Below, one piece after another: positions 50,201-59,074 of a DNA stretch of 64,000 nt (positions are counted from its first letter, which is position 1; each line of letters starts with the position of its first letter). This stretch comes from Deltaproteobacteria bacterium. GTDB lineage: Bacteria; Myxococcota; B64-G9. The notes beneath the pieces are model-generated. The model saw only the letters and a list, made by a program, of their open reading frames with translations. It had not been told where the DNA came from and searched no databases. The stretch lies in assembly GCA_016935365.1 (NCBI GenBank), contig JAFGRB010000371.1, positions 4,250 through 68,249 on the forward strand. Reading direction: 5' to 3'. The position numbers and the translations under genes are program-made.

Positions 50201-51433
50201 GCCGGCCACGTGGGCCGAGATCTCGTTGATGATCGCGTCTGCGCCGATGACCTTTCCCACCAGCTTGCGGCCCGAGCCGGTGGTGCCCACCCCTCGGATG
50301 TCGAAGCGGACGTTCTTGTCGCGCTCGATCGCCAGCATGGCCCGAAACAAGCACTTGGTGGCCTCGATGGGATCGCCGGCCGTCTTGCGATAGATGTCCA
50401 GCACGACCCGGTTCGCCTCGTCGACGAGCGCGAGCTTGGTGCTGGTCGAACCGATGTCGATGCCCAGCACGCCGCGTATGGTACTGGCTCCTTCGGGCCA
50501 GGCCACGAGGCGGACCTCGTTTTCCATGTCGTCGACGTAGCTCTCCCGAGTCTCGAAGGAGGGGTAGATAGAGCGCTCCAGGGTGAGCGGCCAGTCGTGG
50601 TGGAGATCGGAGTCGATGTGCGCCTGCTTCACGTGGATGGCGCGGGGCATCTTGCGGTCGAGCGCCCGGGCGAGCTGGGCGGCTCCGTAGGCTGCAGCCA
50701 GGTGCGGGTCGGCGGGTATCCGGACGAGGGACGGGTAGCGATGGCGCAGCCAGCGCATCACTTCCTGGTTCAGCGCCACCCCGCCGATGATGGCCACCGG
50801 CGTGTTCAGCGGGCGCCCGTTGAGCAGCGTGCTCAGCAGCGTGCGCGTCATGCCCCGGCACAGCCCGCTCCACATCGCATCCTTGGAGTATCCCTCCTGC
50901 TGGCGGTGGATCAGGTCGCTCTTGGCGAAGACCGTGCAGCGGGTGGCGATGGTCGGCGGCTCCTCGATGTGATCGAAGGCGGCCATGTCCTCGAAGGAGA
51001 TGCCCAGCCGCCGGGCCTGCTCGTCGAGGAAGGAGCCGGTGCCGGCCGCGCACAGCGAGTTGGTCGTGTAGCCCTGGAAGCGGCCAGCGGAGTCCAGCTG
51101 CACCAGCGTGGAGGAGCCGCCGCCGATGTCGATGATCTGGCGGGCCTCGGGGCACAACGACCGCATGGCCTCGATCTGGCAGCGCGAGATGTCCAGAAGC
51201 TCCAGGCCCAGGATATCGGCGAACAGGCCGGCTGCCGAGCCGGTCATCCCCAGGGCCGAGCGGTCCGAGGCGCCGAGATCGGCCAGGGCCGTCTCGAGCG
51301 CTTTGCCCGGGTCGCCCTGGTGGGCCCGGTAGAAGCGTCCGGTGATCTGCCCTCGCTCGTCGATGCGGACCGCCTTGCAGAACAGCGCACCGATGTCGAT
51401 TCCAATCCTGGTTGCGAGCATGACATCTCCCAT
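47204..51433 (-). CDS. 1409-aa acyl-CoA dehydratase activase-related fusion protein (two BadF/BadG/BcrA/BcrD-type ATPase domains plus two HgdB/DUF2229-like dehydratase-component domains)
   Basis: N-terminal ..IGIDIGALFCKAV.. (ASKHA phosphate-1), ..CAAGTGSFLDEQAR.. (ADENOSINE motif) repeated ..LGIDIGSTSTKLALVD.., ..CAAGTGSFVEEVS... Cys-containing ..ETCSLCQNNCKI.. Fe-S ligands. Large C-terminal 2-hydroxyacyl-CoA-dehydratase-like regions. Confidence 0.75.
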   Translation of the reverse strand: MGDVMLATRIGIDIGALFCKAVRIDERGQITGRFYRAHQGDPGKALETALADLGASDRSALGMTGSAAGLFADILGLELLDISRCQIEAMRSLCPEARQIIDIGGGSSTLVQLDSAGRFQGYTTNSLCAAGTGSFLDEQARRLGISFEDMAAFDHIEEPPTIATRCTVFAKSDLIHRQQEGYSKDAMWSGLCRGMTRTLLSTLLNGRPLNTPVAIIGGVALNQEVMRWLRHRYPSLVRIPADPHLAAAYGAAQLARALDRKMPRAIHVKQAHIDSDLHHDWPLTLERSIYPSFETRESYVDDMENEVRLVAWPEGASTIRGVLGIDIGSTSTKLALVDEANRVVLDIYRKTAGDPIEATKCLFRAMLAIERDKNVRFDIRGVGTTGSGRKLVGKVIGADAIINEISAHVAGAVQTDPEVDTIFEIGGQDAKYMHVVDGHIRDSNMNYVCAAGTGSFVEEVSSKLGYPVQKVGSVVLGIRPPRTSDRCTVFMEQDVEKMVQSGMPAEEALAGVMVSVVKNYLNRVVGNRHYSREKIFFQGATARNPALVAAFERLLGVQVVVSPYCHVMGSYGVAMLTRQLLESRRSEKSSFLGLDLDRRKIEIRYETCSLCQNNCKIAFADIEGLDEKPSWGYMCGRDPEETRMRVNRHDKPLRTRMRLWRQSGGGLEVDEHAPVIGIPQALTTFSYLPLWRRFFNSLGFRIQLSGQTDEIVKEIANQLTGAEFCFPAKVAIGHAARLASDEGADFVFLPHMVSAKQNEHTTAAKFCPYVQAMPSYCKSALAMNGLRTAHILSPVIDMRLRHSRMIAQLERDLGKPLGVNRKQIRIAWQEGLRAQREFEQACRAEGQKILSQARQKGEKLLVLLGRPYNSFDSGLNLDLPHKLAEQGRTVLPLDFLDFELEDLGERYRNTYWSYGQKILSACERVAADPLLDAVYLTNFSCGPDSFLQSFAEEVFSTRPFLALELDEHGADAGYMTRIEAYFDVLRRNHSEPSVRPRFVPEPTKMRDRIIWIPPLHPVNTPLFAAAFRRHGYEAQPLPPEDKETFELGRSLTRGSECLPTCLTLGAFIKAVRESGLPPRRHAEFMPTAEGPCRFGQYRTLHRQALDKIGMREAALLSPSSYNSYQGIDEPVRRDLWKALLAADWLFKATCKVRPYEVTPGETNRVLEQETQRLVEVLEGRGDIRRALTGSIERFRSIPRRGAPKPLVGIVGEIYVRCNTFSNEDVVGAIERFGGEAWLAPMGEWILYTAVMQSVSFWDRNRNPVAKWIADLKNLYVFQQDRKMTEAAGPFLADRREPDIHDVIDAGRRLLPVQFEGEALLTLGRAMKFAEQGAALVVNCAPFGCMPGTLTTAIFRKLAPELKIPVVGMFYDGEGKQNDRLSVFLNNAVERGEQPREEAREARGQPELRA

Positions 51434-51505
51434 CCTGTGTGTGGGGAATCAGGCGACTAAACTGACATGTCAGTCTAGTTGGGGCTCGGTTCCTGTCAAG
51501 GCTTT

Positions 51506-52789
51506 TTATATCGGCCCAGTGCGCTTGAAGGCGATCGCCCCGGCCAGGTTGACCGCGATCGAGACCAGGATCAGGCCCTTGGTCCAGCGGTTCATGGGTA
51601 TCCGGCCCACCGCGAGCAGCATGACGAGGTAGGGGGTGACGTCGAGGCTAAAGCGATAGCCGAACTGGACATAACCCGAGTTCTGATAGAACAGCGGGGG
51701 CAGGATGCCGGCGATCGCCGCAGCCCAGAGCACGGGGTAGAGCCAGGGCCTTTCTCGGGGCCAGAAGAGGCGGACGAAGACCGGGGTGGTCAAGAAGATG
51801 CTCATGCCGTCCGCGTTGTAGCCCAGGTAGGGGAAGTCCTCCAGCAGCACGGGCAGTCTGAGCAGCATGGCCCGGAGGTTCCACTCGAGGTAGTGATAGG
51901 CGAACAGGCCGTGCTTTGCGATCCGGGTTCCGGCCGGACCGGCCAGGTAGGAGTGACCGAACTCGAACACGGAGTGAAAGCGGATGTGGTTGAAGGCCAT
52001 CTGGGCGGCGCCCATGCACAGGATGGGCAAGCAGAACAGCGCGAGCTTCTCAGCGAGCTGGGAGAGCCGGCCCGCGGCCGGCTGTCCGTCGCGCAGCGGG
52101 AAGACCAGCTGCAGGCCGAAGTAGATCGCGGTGAAGGCCAGGTTCACCCGCGTGTCGAAGGCCAATGCCAGGAAGATGCCCGCCAGCAATGGATGCCGCG
52201 CGCGGGTCGCGCACAGGATGTAACTCAGGGTGAAGGTCACGCCGAGGATCTGGGCGGTGAACCATACCTCGCCGAGCACCGCGCAGCAGTAATGGAGGGT
52301 GCCGAATCCGAACAGGGCGGTCATCCAGAGCCGCTCGGAAGCCGACAGGCTCGCCAGGCCCTCGGCCACCAGCATCTCGAGGACGCAGAGCATGAGCAGG
52401 ACGTTGAGCGCCGCGAAGATCAGGGTGAAGAGCACATCGTTGAAGGACAATCCGAACAGCGCCACGCCCGGCATCATCAGCACGGCGGGCCCGGGCGGAA
52501 AGGACACATAGTCCTTGCCCTCATAGCGGATCCAGTCGTTGTTGTTGGGCGGCTTGACGCGCAGCTCCGCCATGCCGTGCAGGAAGGCGTCCGCCTGGTA
52601 GACGAAGTGCGGGCCCTGGGACTGCCTCAGCATGCGGTCGGCGCTGGTGGCGGCGAAGATGCACAGCGAGATACCGAACACGGCCAGATGATGCCGGTGT
52701 CGGGCGAACCAAGAGGTTTTGCCGATCTCCTGTCGGGTCGCCGCGCTGGCAGCCGGGTCGAGCTCTCCCATCGCCCGCGTGTTTCCCAC
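51506..52789 (-). CDS. polytopic integral membrane protein (427 aa, ~10 TM), possible GT-C-like glycosyltransferase/DUF2079-type
   Basis: Hydrophobic helices throughout, conserved-looking ..YVSFPPGPAVLMMP.. loop. No precise family assignment possible by eye. Confidence 0.5.
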   Translation of the reverse strand: MGNTRAMGELDPAASAATRQEIGKTSWFARHRHHLAVFGISLCIFAATSADRMLRQSQGPHFVYQADAFLHGMAELRVKPPNNNDWIRYEGKDYVSFPPGPAVLMMPGVALFGLSFNDVLFTLIFAALNVLLMLCVLEMLVAEGLASLSASERLWMTALFGFGTLHYCCAVLGEVWFTAQILGVTFTLSYILCATRARHPLLAGIFLALAFDTRVNLAFTAIYFGLQLVFPLRDGQPAAGRLSQLAEKLALFCLPILCMGAAQMAFNHIRFHSVFEFGHSYLAGPAGTRIAKHGLFAYHYLEWNLRAMLLRLPVLLEDFPYLGYNADGMSIFLTTPVFVRLFWPRERPWLYPVLWAAAIAGILPPLFYQNSGYVQFGYRFSLDVTPYLVMLLAVGRIPMNRWTKGLILVSIAVNLAGAIAFKRTGPI

Positions 52790-52865
52790 GCCAGCCGGCT
52801 TGAGTCAATAGCCCGTCGCAGCAGAGCATTCGCGGTTTGCGTGCCCGCGGCCAGGAGATACACAC

Positions 52866-55187
52866 TTGCCAAGCAGGCCTGTCGATGGCATATCCTGCCA
52901 GGGCAGAGGAATGGACATGCACCTGGACCGCTTGCAGCAGCTCCTGGCGCAGGCCGAGGCGAGTCGAGGCCCGCTTGCCGATCTGGGGCGGGCGCTCTCG
53001 GCCGAGATCGAGGCCATCATCAGCGCGGTCGAGCCGGGGAGAGAAGATCCCGTCCTGGTACAGCTGCTCGGTCCGGAGCTCTCCGGACTGGTCCGAAAGG
53101 TGCGCTGGAGCACGCTGGTACTCAATCCGGGTTCCACGTCCACCAAGGTCGCGGTATACGACGGGCTCATCCTCCTGGCCGAGGAGGAGATCCATCTGGC
53201 GCCCGATGCGAAGGACGGATTGCAGACCCGCGTGGCCCAGGTTCTCGACTGGCTGGAGCGGCGCGGTCTGAGCGTCCAGGAGCTGGCCGGCATCGCGGCC
53301 CGCGGAGGCCTGATGGCTCCGGTGGAGTGCGGGACGTACTGCATCTCGGAGAGTATGTTGGAGGATCTGGAGCGGCCACCCCACTTCCATCCCTCCAACC
53401 TGGCCGCGCCGATGGCCGTGCGGATCGCCGAGCAGGCCGGTCCCGATATCCTTCTGACCACCACGGATCCGGTGACGGTCGACGAGGTGGAGCTGGTCTG
53501 CCGCCTGACGGGCTCGGCTCGGATACTCAACGATGGGGTCGCGGTCCACTACCTCAACCACCGCGCCGTGACGGATCTGTGCGCGCAGGTGCTGGGCACG
53601 CAACGCGAGGCCCTGCGGCTGGTCTCCTGCCACATGGGAGGCGGGATGTCCGCTGCCCGGCACGAACAGGGCTGCATGGTCCAGGTGGTCCAGGGCTTCG
53701 GCGGGATACCCTCGGCGAATCGCTCGGGGGCCCTGCCCCTGCACCGCGTCATCGCCATGATGGAGTCCCACCAGTACACGCTCAACGACCTGCGGCGAGA
53801 TGTGACGAGCCACGGGGGGCTGCTCGCCCTGGCCGGGACCAATGACTTCAAGGCCTTCTTCCAGTTCGCCGAAGAAGCCAGCTCGACGCAGAGGCAGAAG
53901 ATCGAGCTCGTGACCGAGTTCTTCGCCCGCCGGGTGGCGTCCGCGATCATGCAGCTGGCCGCCGGGCCCAAGAGCCCGGACCTCGTGCTGCTGACCGGGG
54001 GCCTGGCCAGGGACCGAAGCTTCTGCGAGCGGGTCTCCGCCCGCCTCTGCTTGCCAACACCCGTGGTCCGCATACCCGGCGCCCTGGAGCACGCAGCCCT
54101 GGCCGCGGGGCTCTTGCGCGTGTGCGCGGAACCCGCCGCGTGCAAGGACTACGCGAGCGCGCGAGCGCGCACGGTGGATCGGCGCCACGTAGAGGAGCGA
54201 GTCCTCAGGGCCGAGATCTTCGGCCCGCCCCCGGAGCACGATCCTCGCCCGCCGGAGGGCCTGGAGCAGATCGTTCGCGCAGCCTGCCAAGGCGCGTCGC
54301 CCATCATCGCCCTGGTGGGAGCGGACAACGAGGAGGCCCTGCTCGCGGTCAAGAGCGCCAACGAGCAGCCCCATGGTCCGCTGGCTCGCTTTTTGCTGCT
54401 CGGCCCCTACAACCGGGTCTCCCGCCTCGCCTGGGAGCTGGACGTGCCCGTCGACGGCCATCAGGTCTTGATCGTGGACTGCACGGCCCCGGTGTCGCAC
54501 GCGGCCGAGCTGCTCCAGGCCGGGCTGGCCGACATCGTCATGAAGGGCAGCGTGACCACCGCCGACTTGCTCAAGGGCTACCTCGGGGTCCTCAAGCAGC
54601 GGGGTCTGCTCGCCAGGGGCGGGATCCTGCTCAGCCATGTCTCCTTCTTCGAGATCCCGGGCAGAGCCAGGCTGCTGGCCATCACCGACGCTGCCATCAA
54701 TCCCTATCCGGACGTGGAGACCCGGAGCCGGATCCTGCAGAACGCGCTCGACGTGCTCCACCTGCTCGGCTTCGTGCGCCCGCGGGTGGCGGTCATCTCG
54801 GCCGTGGAGAAGCCATCCAGGGCCGTGGCCTCGTCGGTCGAGGGCCGCGCGATCGCAGAGCGATTCGCGGATCGGGATGATCTGATCATCGAGGGACCGC
54901 TGTCGGTCGACCTCTCTCTCTCCCCGCTGGCCGCAAGGGAGAAAGGCTACACCGGCAAGATCCAGGGGGATGCCGACCTGCTGCTCGTGCCGGACATCGA
55001 TGCGGGCAACGCCATCTACAAGGCCTTCACGATCACGTCTGGAGCCAGCACGGCCGGAGTGGTCATCGGTGGGGAGAAACCTCTCGTCTTGACATCGCGT
55101 GGCGACAGCGCGCGCAGCAAGCTGGCCTCGCTCGCGCTGGCGGTGCTGCTGGCCAACCTGAAGAGAGGCGAGGGAGAGCCTAGATGA
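52866..55187 (+). CDS. fused butyrate kinase - phosphate butyryltransferase (Buk-Ptb) bifunctional protein, 773 aa (possible later start at ATG 52911)
   Basis: N-half ..LVLNPGSTSTKVAVYDG.. (acetokinase-family phosphate-1), ..VSCHMGGGMSAARHEQG.., ..LLTGGLARD... C-half PTA_PTB ..LAITDAAINPYPDVETRSRILQNA.., ..PRVAVISAVEKPS.., ..DADLLLVPDIDAGNAIYK... Confidence 0.8.
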   Translation: MPSRPVDGISCQGRGMDMHLDRLQQLLAQAEASRGPLADLGRALSAEIEAIISAVEPGREDPVLVQLLGPELSGLVRKVRWSTLVLNPGSTSTKVAVYDGLILLAEEEIHLAPDAKDGLQTRVAQVLDWLERRGLSVQELAGIAARGGLMAPVECGTYCISESMLEDLERPPHFHPSNLAAPMAVRIAEQAGPDILLTTTDPVTVDEVELVCRLTGSARILNDGVAVHYLNHRAVTDLCAQVLGTQREALRLVSCHMGGGMSAARHEQGCMVQVVQGFGGIPSANRSGALPLHRVIAMMESHQYTLNDLRRDVTSHGGLLALAGTNDFKAFFQFAEEASSTQRQKIELVTEFFARRVASAIMQLAAGPKSPDLVLLTGGLARDRSFCERVSARLCLPTPVVRIPGALEHAALAAGLLRVCAEPAACKDYASARARTVDRRHVEERVLRAEIFGPPPEHDPRPPEGLEQIVRAACQGASPIIALVGADNEEALLAVKSANEQPHGPLARFLLLGPYNRVSRLAWELDVPVDGHQVLIVDCTAPVSHAAELLQAGLADIVMKGSVTTADLLKGYLGVLKQRGLLARGGILLSHVSFFEIPGRARLLAITDAAINPYPDVETRSRILQNALDVLHLLGFVRPRVAVISAVEKPSRAVASSVEGRAIAERFADRDDLIIEGPLSVDLSLSPLAAREKGYTGKIQGDADLLLVPDIDAGNAIYKAFTITSGASTAGVVIGGEKPLVLTSRGDSARSKLASLALAVLLANLKRGEGEPR

Positions 55188-56962
55188 CGGCTCCGCACGA
55201 TATCGAGCGGCTTCTGGGGACGGGGCGTTTCGATCCACCTCCCGATCTGCGCCGGGGGGCCTGCTTCGATGACGAGGCCTCCTACCTGGCCTTCATCGAG
55301 GCCGCCGCCAGCGATCCGGACTCATTCTGGATGCGCATGGCTGGCGAGATCGACTGGATCGACATGCCCGCCCGAGCGGGCGGCGCGCCCCGCTGGTTTC
55401 CCGGCGGCCGTCTGAACCTGGCCGCCACCTGCCTGGGGCGGGGCGCTCCGGCCGATGTCCTGCTCTCCGGTGTGCGGAGCTCGAGCGAATGGATGACGCG
55501 CGGGGACCTGTTGGGCTGCGTGGGGGCGCTGTGCGAGATGCTCTCGGCCTGGTCGCTCCCGCTCGGCGCGCCCGTGCTGATCGCCTTTCCGCGCGGTGCG
55601 GAGATCTTGCCGGCCTCCCTGGCCTGCCTCTGGCGCGGCTGGATCTGCGTCCCCGTCGATCCGGACCGGGCCGATCCGGGCCGGGTATCGCGCCGGGCGC
55701 AGGCCGCGGGCTGTCGGGCCGTGCTGACGAGCCGCTCGGTCGTCGATGCGGGACACCTGCCCGGCGATCTGCCGAGCCCGCGGCTCGCGCTTTCGCCGGA
55801 CTGGACTGCGCTGCGGAGCGAGCCCCCCCCGGCGGAGGCCGTCGACGCCATGCATCCGGCCTTCATGCTGGCGGACTCTGCAGGCCGGCTCTACTCGCTG
55901 CCCTGTGCGGGCTTCGCGGTCCAGGCGCTCTCGAGCTATCGGTACCTGCTGGATGGTCGGGGCGAGAAGGACCTGCACTGGCTGCAGATGGCCTCTCACC
56001 ACGCGTCGTTTCTGGCGGGCAGCCTCGGGGCCTGGCTGGGCGGGGGGCGGGTCGTGGTTCCGCCGGGCGGCGATCTGCAGGATCTGTCCGCATGGCTGGA
56101 TGCGATCGGCAGGACTTCTCCGCGGGTCGTCGTGATACAGGCTGGCGAGCTCGAGAAGCTGCTCATGGATGGCTCGGGATCCGCACAGCGCGGGCCGGCG
56201 CTCATCGTGCTGGAGGGAGATGCGGTCTCTCCAGGTCTGTATCGCCAGGCCCGCGATCTCTTCGAGGGCCGCACCCACGTGGTCCAGGCCATCTCCCGGC
56301 CCGAGGGCGGGGGATATCTGGTGGGGCCCCAGCCGGGGGCCGTCTCCGTTCAGCCGGCATCGGCCGGACTGGCGGCACCGGGTGTGGGTCTCATCATCGT
56401 CGACGAGGAAGGCAAGACCTGCCCACCCGGCTACGGAGGGAGGGCAGCGCTGCGGCGTCCGCTGCCAGGGTTGGCGATCGAGCTGCAGGAGCACGAGCCG
56501 CCCATCCAGATCGGGCTGCATGCCCGCGTCGACCCCGCGGGATGCGTCTGGAGCATGGGCGAGGGCAAGGTGGCGAGAACCAAGGCGCGCACGCCGGTGG
56601 CCACGGCAGAGCTGGAGACCATGATCGCATCGCTGGATGGCGTACAGCAGGTGGCCGTGGTGCGCCACGAAGCGCCCGGGGGACCGGGCCGTGCCTGGGC
56701 TTTCGTGCAGCCGGCCCCGGACGCCCGGCTCGAGGCGAAGCACATCGGCGCGCAGATCGCAGACCGATTTGGACGAGAGGCCGTACCCGAGAGCATCCAA
56801 CTCGTCAGCCAGCTGCCCTTCAGCCGGACGGGCAAGGTGCTTCGCTCGGTCCTTCGGCGGATTGCCAGCGGGGATGCGAGCGGGCTGGGCGATCTGGAGG
56901 TCGGAGACCGGGAGGTCATCCAGCGCCTCATCGGCGAGTGCCAGGACGAAAACAGCGGCTGA
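55184..56962 (+). CDS. acetyl-CoA synthetase (AMP-forming)-like protein with degenerate P-loop (592 aa)
   Basis: N-terminal ..SYLAFIEAAASDPDSFWMRMAGEIDWI.. matches the Acs N-domain pattern (Y..LY..S..DP..FW...A..L.W). The position of the TSGSTGKPKG ATP/AMP motif reads ..LADSAGRLYSLP... C-terminal ..PFSRTGKVLRSVLRRIASG.. resembles the Acs A10 lysine region. ATGA overlap with buk-ptb. Confidence 0.55.
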   Translation: MTAPHDIERLLGTGRFDPPPDLRRGACFDDEASYLAFIEAAASDPDSFWMRMAGEIDWIDMPARAGGAPRWFPGGRLNLAATCLGRGAPADVLLSGVRSSSEWMTRGDLLGCVGALCEMLSAWSLPLGAPVLIAFPRGAEILPASLACLWRGWICVPVDPDRADPGRVSRRAQAAGCRAVLTSRSVVDAGHLPGDLPSPRLALSPDWTALRSEPPPAEAVDAMHPAFMLADSAGRLYSLPCAGFAVQALSSYRYLLDGRGEKDLHWLQMASHHASFLAGSLGAWLGGGRVVVPPGGDLQDLSAWLDAIGRTSPRVVVIQAGELEKLLMDGSGSAQRGPALIVLEGDAVSPGLYRQARDLFEGRTHVVQAISRPEGGGYLVGPQPGAVSVQPASAGLAAPGVGLIIVDEEGKTCPPGYGGRAALRRPLPGLAIELQEHEPPIQIGLHARVDPAGCVWSMGEGKVARTKARTPVATAELETMIASLDGVQQVAVVRHEAPGGPGRAWAFVQPAPDARLEAKHIGAQIADRFGREAVPESIQLVSQLPFSRTGKVLRSVLRRIASGDASGLGDLEVGDREVIQRLIGECQDENSG

Positions 56963-56978
56963 TCGGAGGACGACGCAG

Positions 56979-59057
56979 ATGAGGCGCCTGCTCTTTCCGG
57001 AACGCGTGGCCGTGATCGGTGAGTCCTTCGAGCAGGGCTGCCTCGGTCGCGTCGTGGCGGACAACCTGCTCGACTGCGGATTCGGAGGAGATGTACAGCT
57101 CGTCTGCCTCGATGGCCCGCGTGAGCTGCGCGGCCGGACCTGCCGAGAGAGCCTGGGGCCTTCGGACAGGGTGGATCTGGCGCTGGTCGCGACGGCGGCG
57201 GCAAGGCTCAAGCAGGCCGTGGATGCGGCCCTGCGAGCCCGACCGGGGCACCTGGTGGTGCTGACGCCGCTCGACCGGGAGGGCCGCCCCGAAGCCCACT
57301 CGCTGCATTCGGAGATTCTCCGCCGATGCAGGGATGGCCATGTGCGGCTCCTCGGACCCGGCAGCCTCGGGGTCATCAACGTCCACCACCACCTCCATGC
57401 ATCCTATCTGCCGAAGATCCCCGTTCCCGGAGGCATATCGGCCCTCTTCCGCTCCAGCGCGCTGGCCAGCGCACTCATCGACTGGCTCGTCCATCGAGGC
57501 CAGGGCGCGTCCGTCCTGATCGGCCTCGGTGACAGGAGCGATGTGGATGAGAGCGATCTGTTCGAGGCGCTGAAGCAGGAGGAGCAGACCCGGGTGGTGA
57601 TCGGATACCTGGAGCGCATCCGCTCCGGGGAGGACTTCGTCAAGCACGCAGAATCTCTTTCTTCCACGAAGCCGGTGGTGCTGCTCAAGGCGGGCGCCAC
57701 CGAGGCTGGCGAGCAGGCGGTCCTGGCCCACACCGGCCAGCGCGTCGCTTCGGAAGTGGCATTTGGGGCGGCGTTCAAGCGCTCGGGCGTGATCCAGGCT
57801 CACGCTTACCATGAACTGCTCGATTATTCCCGCGTCTTTGCCGCGCAGCCCCTGCCCAGGGGCGATCGCGTGGGCGTGGTCACCAATGCCGGAGGCGCCG
57901 GTATCCTGGCCGCCGACGCGGCGGAGCGCGCCGGGCTGAAGATGGCTCGCCTGGAAGAGGCCACCATCCGCAGCCTGAAGCATGTCCTGCCGGCCGAGAC
58001 ACGAATCGACAACCCGGTCGACTTGCTGGGCGATGCCGACGCGCAGCGCTTTGCCGCAGCGACCGATGCGCTCCAGGCCGACCCGGGTGTGGATGCGCTG
58101 CTGCTGGTCTTTACCCCTCACGTGCTCGTCGATGCGGCAGAGATCGTGCGCGGCACGCTGGCGGTGCTATCGGGCGAAAAGCCCGTCCTGGCCTCCTTCA
58201 TGGGGGGCACCAGCGTGGTCGACGCACGCGCGGCGCTGGTGGCCGCAGGCGTTCCCGACTATCCCTCGCCCGAGCGTGCCGTGGCTGCACTGGGCGCACT
58301 TTGCGAGTACGCGGCCTGGCGGCGAAGGCCCCCGCGGGTGGTGACCCGCTTTCGGGTCAACCGGCGCCGGGTCGAGCGCATCATCCGCCGACATCAGAGA
58401 CAGAATCGTCTGGACATCGAGGAGTTCCAGGCCAAGGAGCTGCTGGAGGCCTACGGCTTCAACATCCCCGAGGGAGCGCTCGTCGCGAGCCCCGAAGAGG
58501 CGGTGGAGACGGCGGAGCGGATCGGCTACCCGGTGGCCATGAAGATCGTCTCCGCCGATATCGTGCGCAAGTCGACCGTCGGGGGCGTGCGCCTGGACCT
58601 GACCACGCCCGACATGGTTCGCGATGCCTACGATCTGATCATGTTGCGCATCGCGCGCCGGCTGCCCGATGCGCACGTGGAGGGTGTCTACGTCGAGAAG
58701 ATGTGCCGGGGTGGCGGCGAGGTCGTCATCGGGATGCACCGGGACCCGCAGTTCGGGCCGATGCTGATGTTCGGCCTCGGAGGAATCGCGGTGGAGGTGA
58801 TGGAGGACGTCGCCTTCCACCTCGCGCCGATCACGTTCGAGGAGGCCATGCAGATGCTCGCCAGCACGCGCTCCTACGCCCAGCTGGAGGCATCCAGGGA
58901 CAGGGTGGACATGGGCGCCATTGCCACAGGGCTCCAGCTCATCAGCCAGCTGGCGACCGATTTTCCCCAGATCCTGGAGCTGGAGATCCATCCCTATATC
59001 GTGGGCCGGACAGGCACGGAGTCCGTGGCGGCCGATGCGCGCATCCTGCTGGCCTGA
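56979..59057 (+). CDS. ADP-forming acetyl-CoA synthetase-like protein (CoA-binding plus succinyl-CoA-synthetase-like plus ATP-grasp; Pat-N-domain-like), 692 aa
   Basis: ..RVAVIGESFEQGCLGRVVADNLLDCGFGGDV.. (CoA-binding Rossmann), ..VGVVTNAGGAGILAADA.. (CoA-ligase domain), ATP-grasp ..AKELLEAYGFNIPEGALVASPEEAVETAERIGYPVAMKIVSADIVRKSTVGGVRL... ORF-track 56637 start is an upstream extension. Confidence 0.8.
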   Translation: MRRLLFPERVAVIGESFEQGCLGRVVADNLLDCGFGGDVQLVCLDGPRELRGRTCRESLGPSDRVDLALVATAAARLKQAVDAALRARPGHLVVLTPLDREGRPEAHSLHSEILRRCRDGHVRLLGPGSLGVINVHHHLHASYLPKIPVPGGISALFRSSALASALIDWLVHRGQGASVLIGLGDRSDVDESDLFEALKQEEQTRVVIGYLERIRSGEDFVKHAESLSSTKPVVLLKAGATEAGEQAVLAHTGQRVASEVAFGAAFKRSGVIQAHAYHELLDYSRVFAAQPLPRGDRVGVVTNAGGAGILAADAAERAGLKMARLEEATIRSLKHVLPAETRIDNPVDLLGDADAQRFAAATDALQADPGVDALLLVFTPHVLVDAAEIVRGTLAVLSGEKPVLASFMGGTSVVDARAALVAAGVPDYPSPERAVAALGALCEYAAWRRRPPRVVTRFRVNRRRVERIIRRHQRQNRLDIEEFQAKELLEAYGFNIPEGALVASPEEAVETAERIGYPVAMKIVSADIVRKSTVGGVRLDLTTPDMVRDAYDLIMLRIARRLPDAHVEGVYVEKMCRGGGEVVIGMHRDPQFGPMLMFGLGGIAVEVMEDVAFHLAPITFEEAMQMLASTRSYAQLEASRDRVDMGAIATGLQLISQLATDFPQILELEIHPYIVGRTGTESVAADARILLA

Positions 59058-59074
59058 GAACCGAGGCGCAGAAC

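Noticed and set aside
49554-51155. 533-aa minus ORF and 49028..51460 plus ORF (810 aa) overlapping the activase/dehydratase gene
   Set aside because: Alternate or antisense frames of the 1409-aa gene. Low-complexity R/G/A/P/H-rich sequence without motifs.
52521-55238. 905-aa minus-strand ORF antisense to the Buk-Ptb gene; also 55322..57379 (-) and 55489..56982 (+) over the Acs-like gene
   Set aside because: Antisense or alternate frames. Arg/Gly/Pro-rich. The annotated frames carry recognisable kinase, PTA_PTB and Acs motifs.
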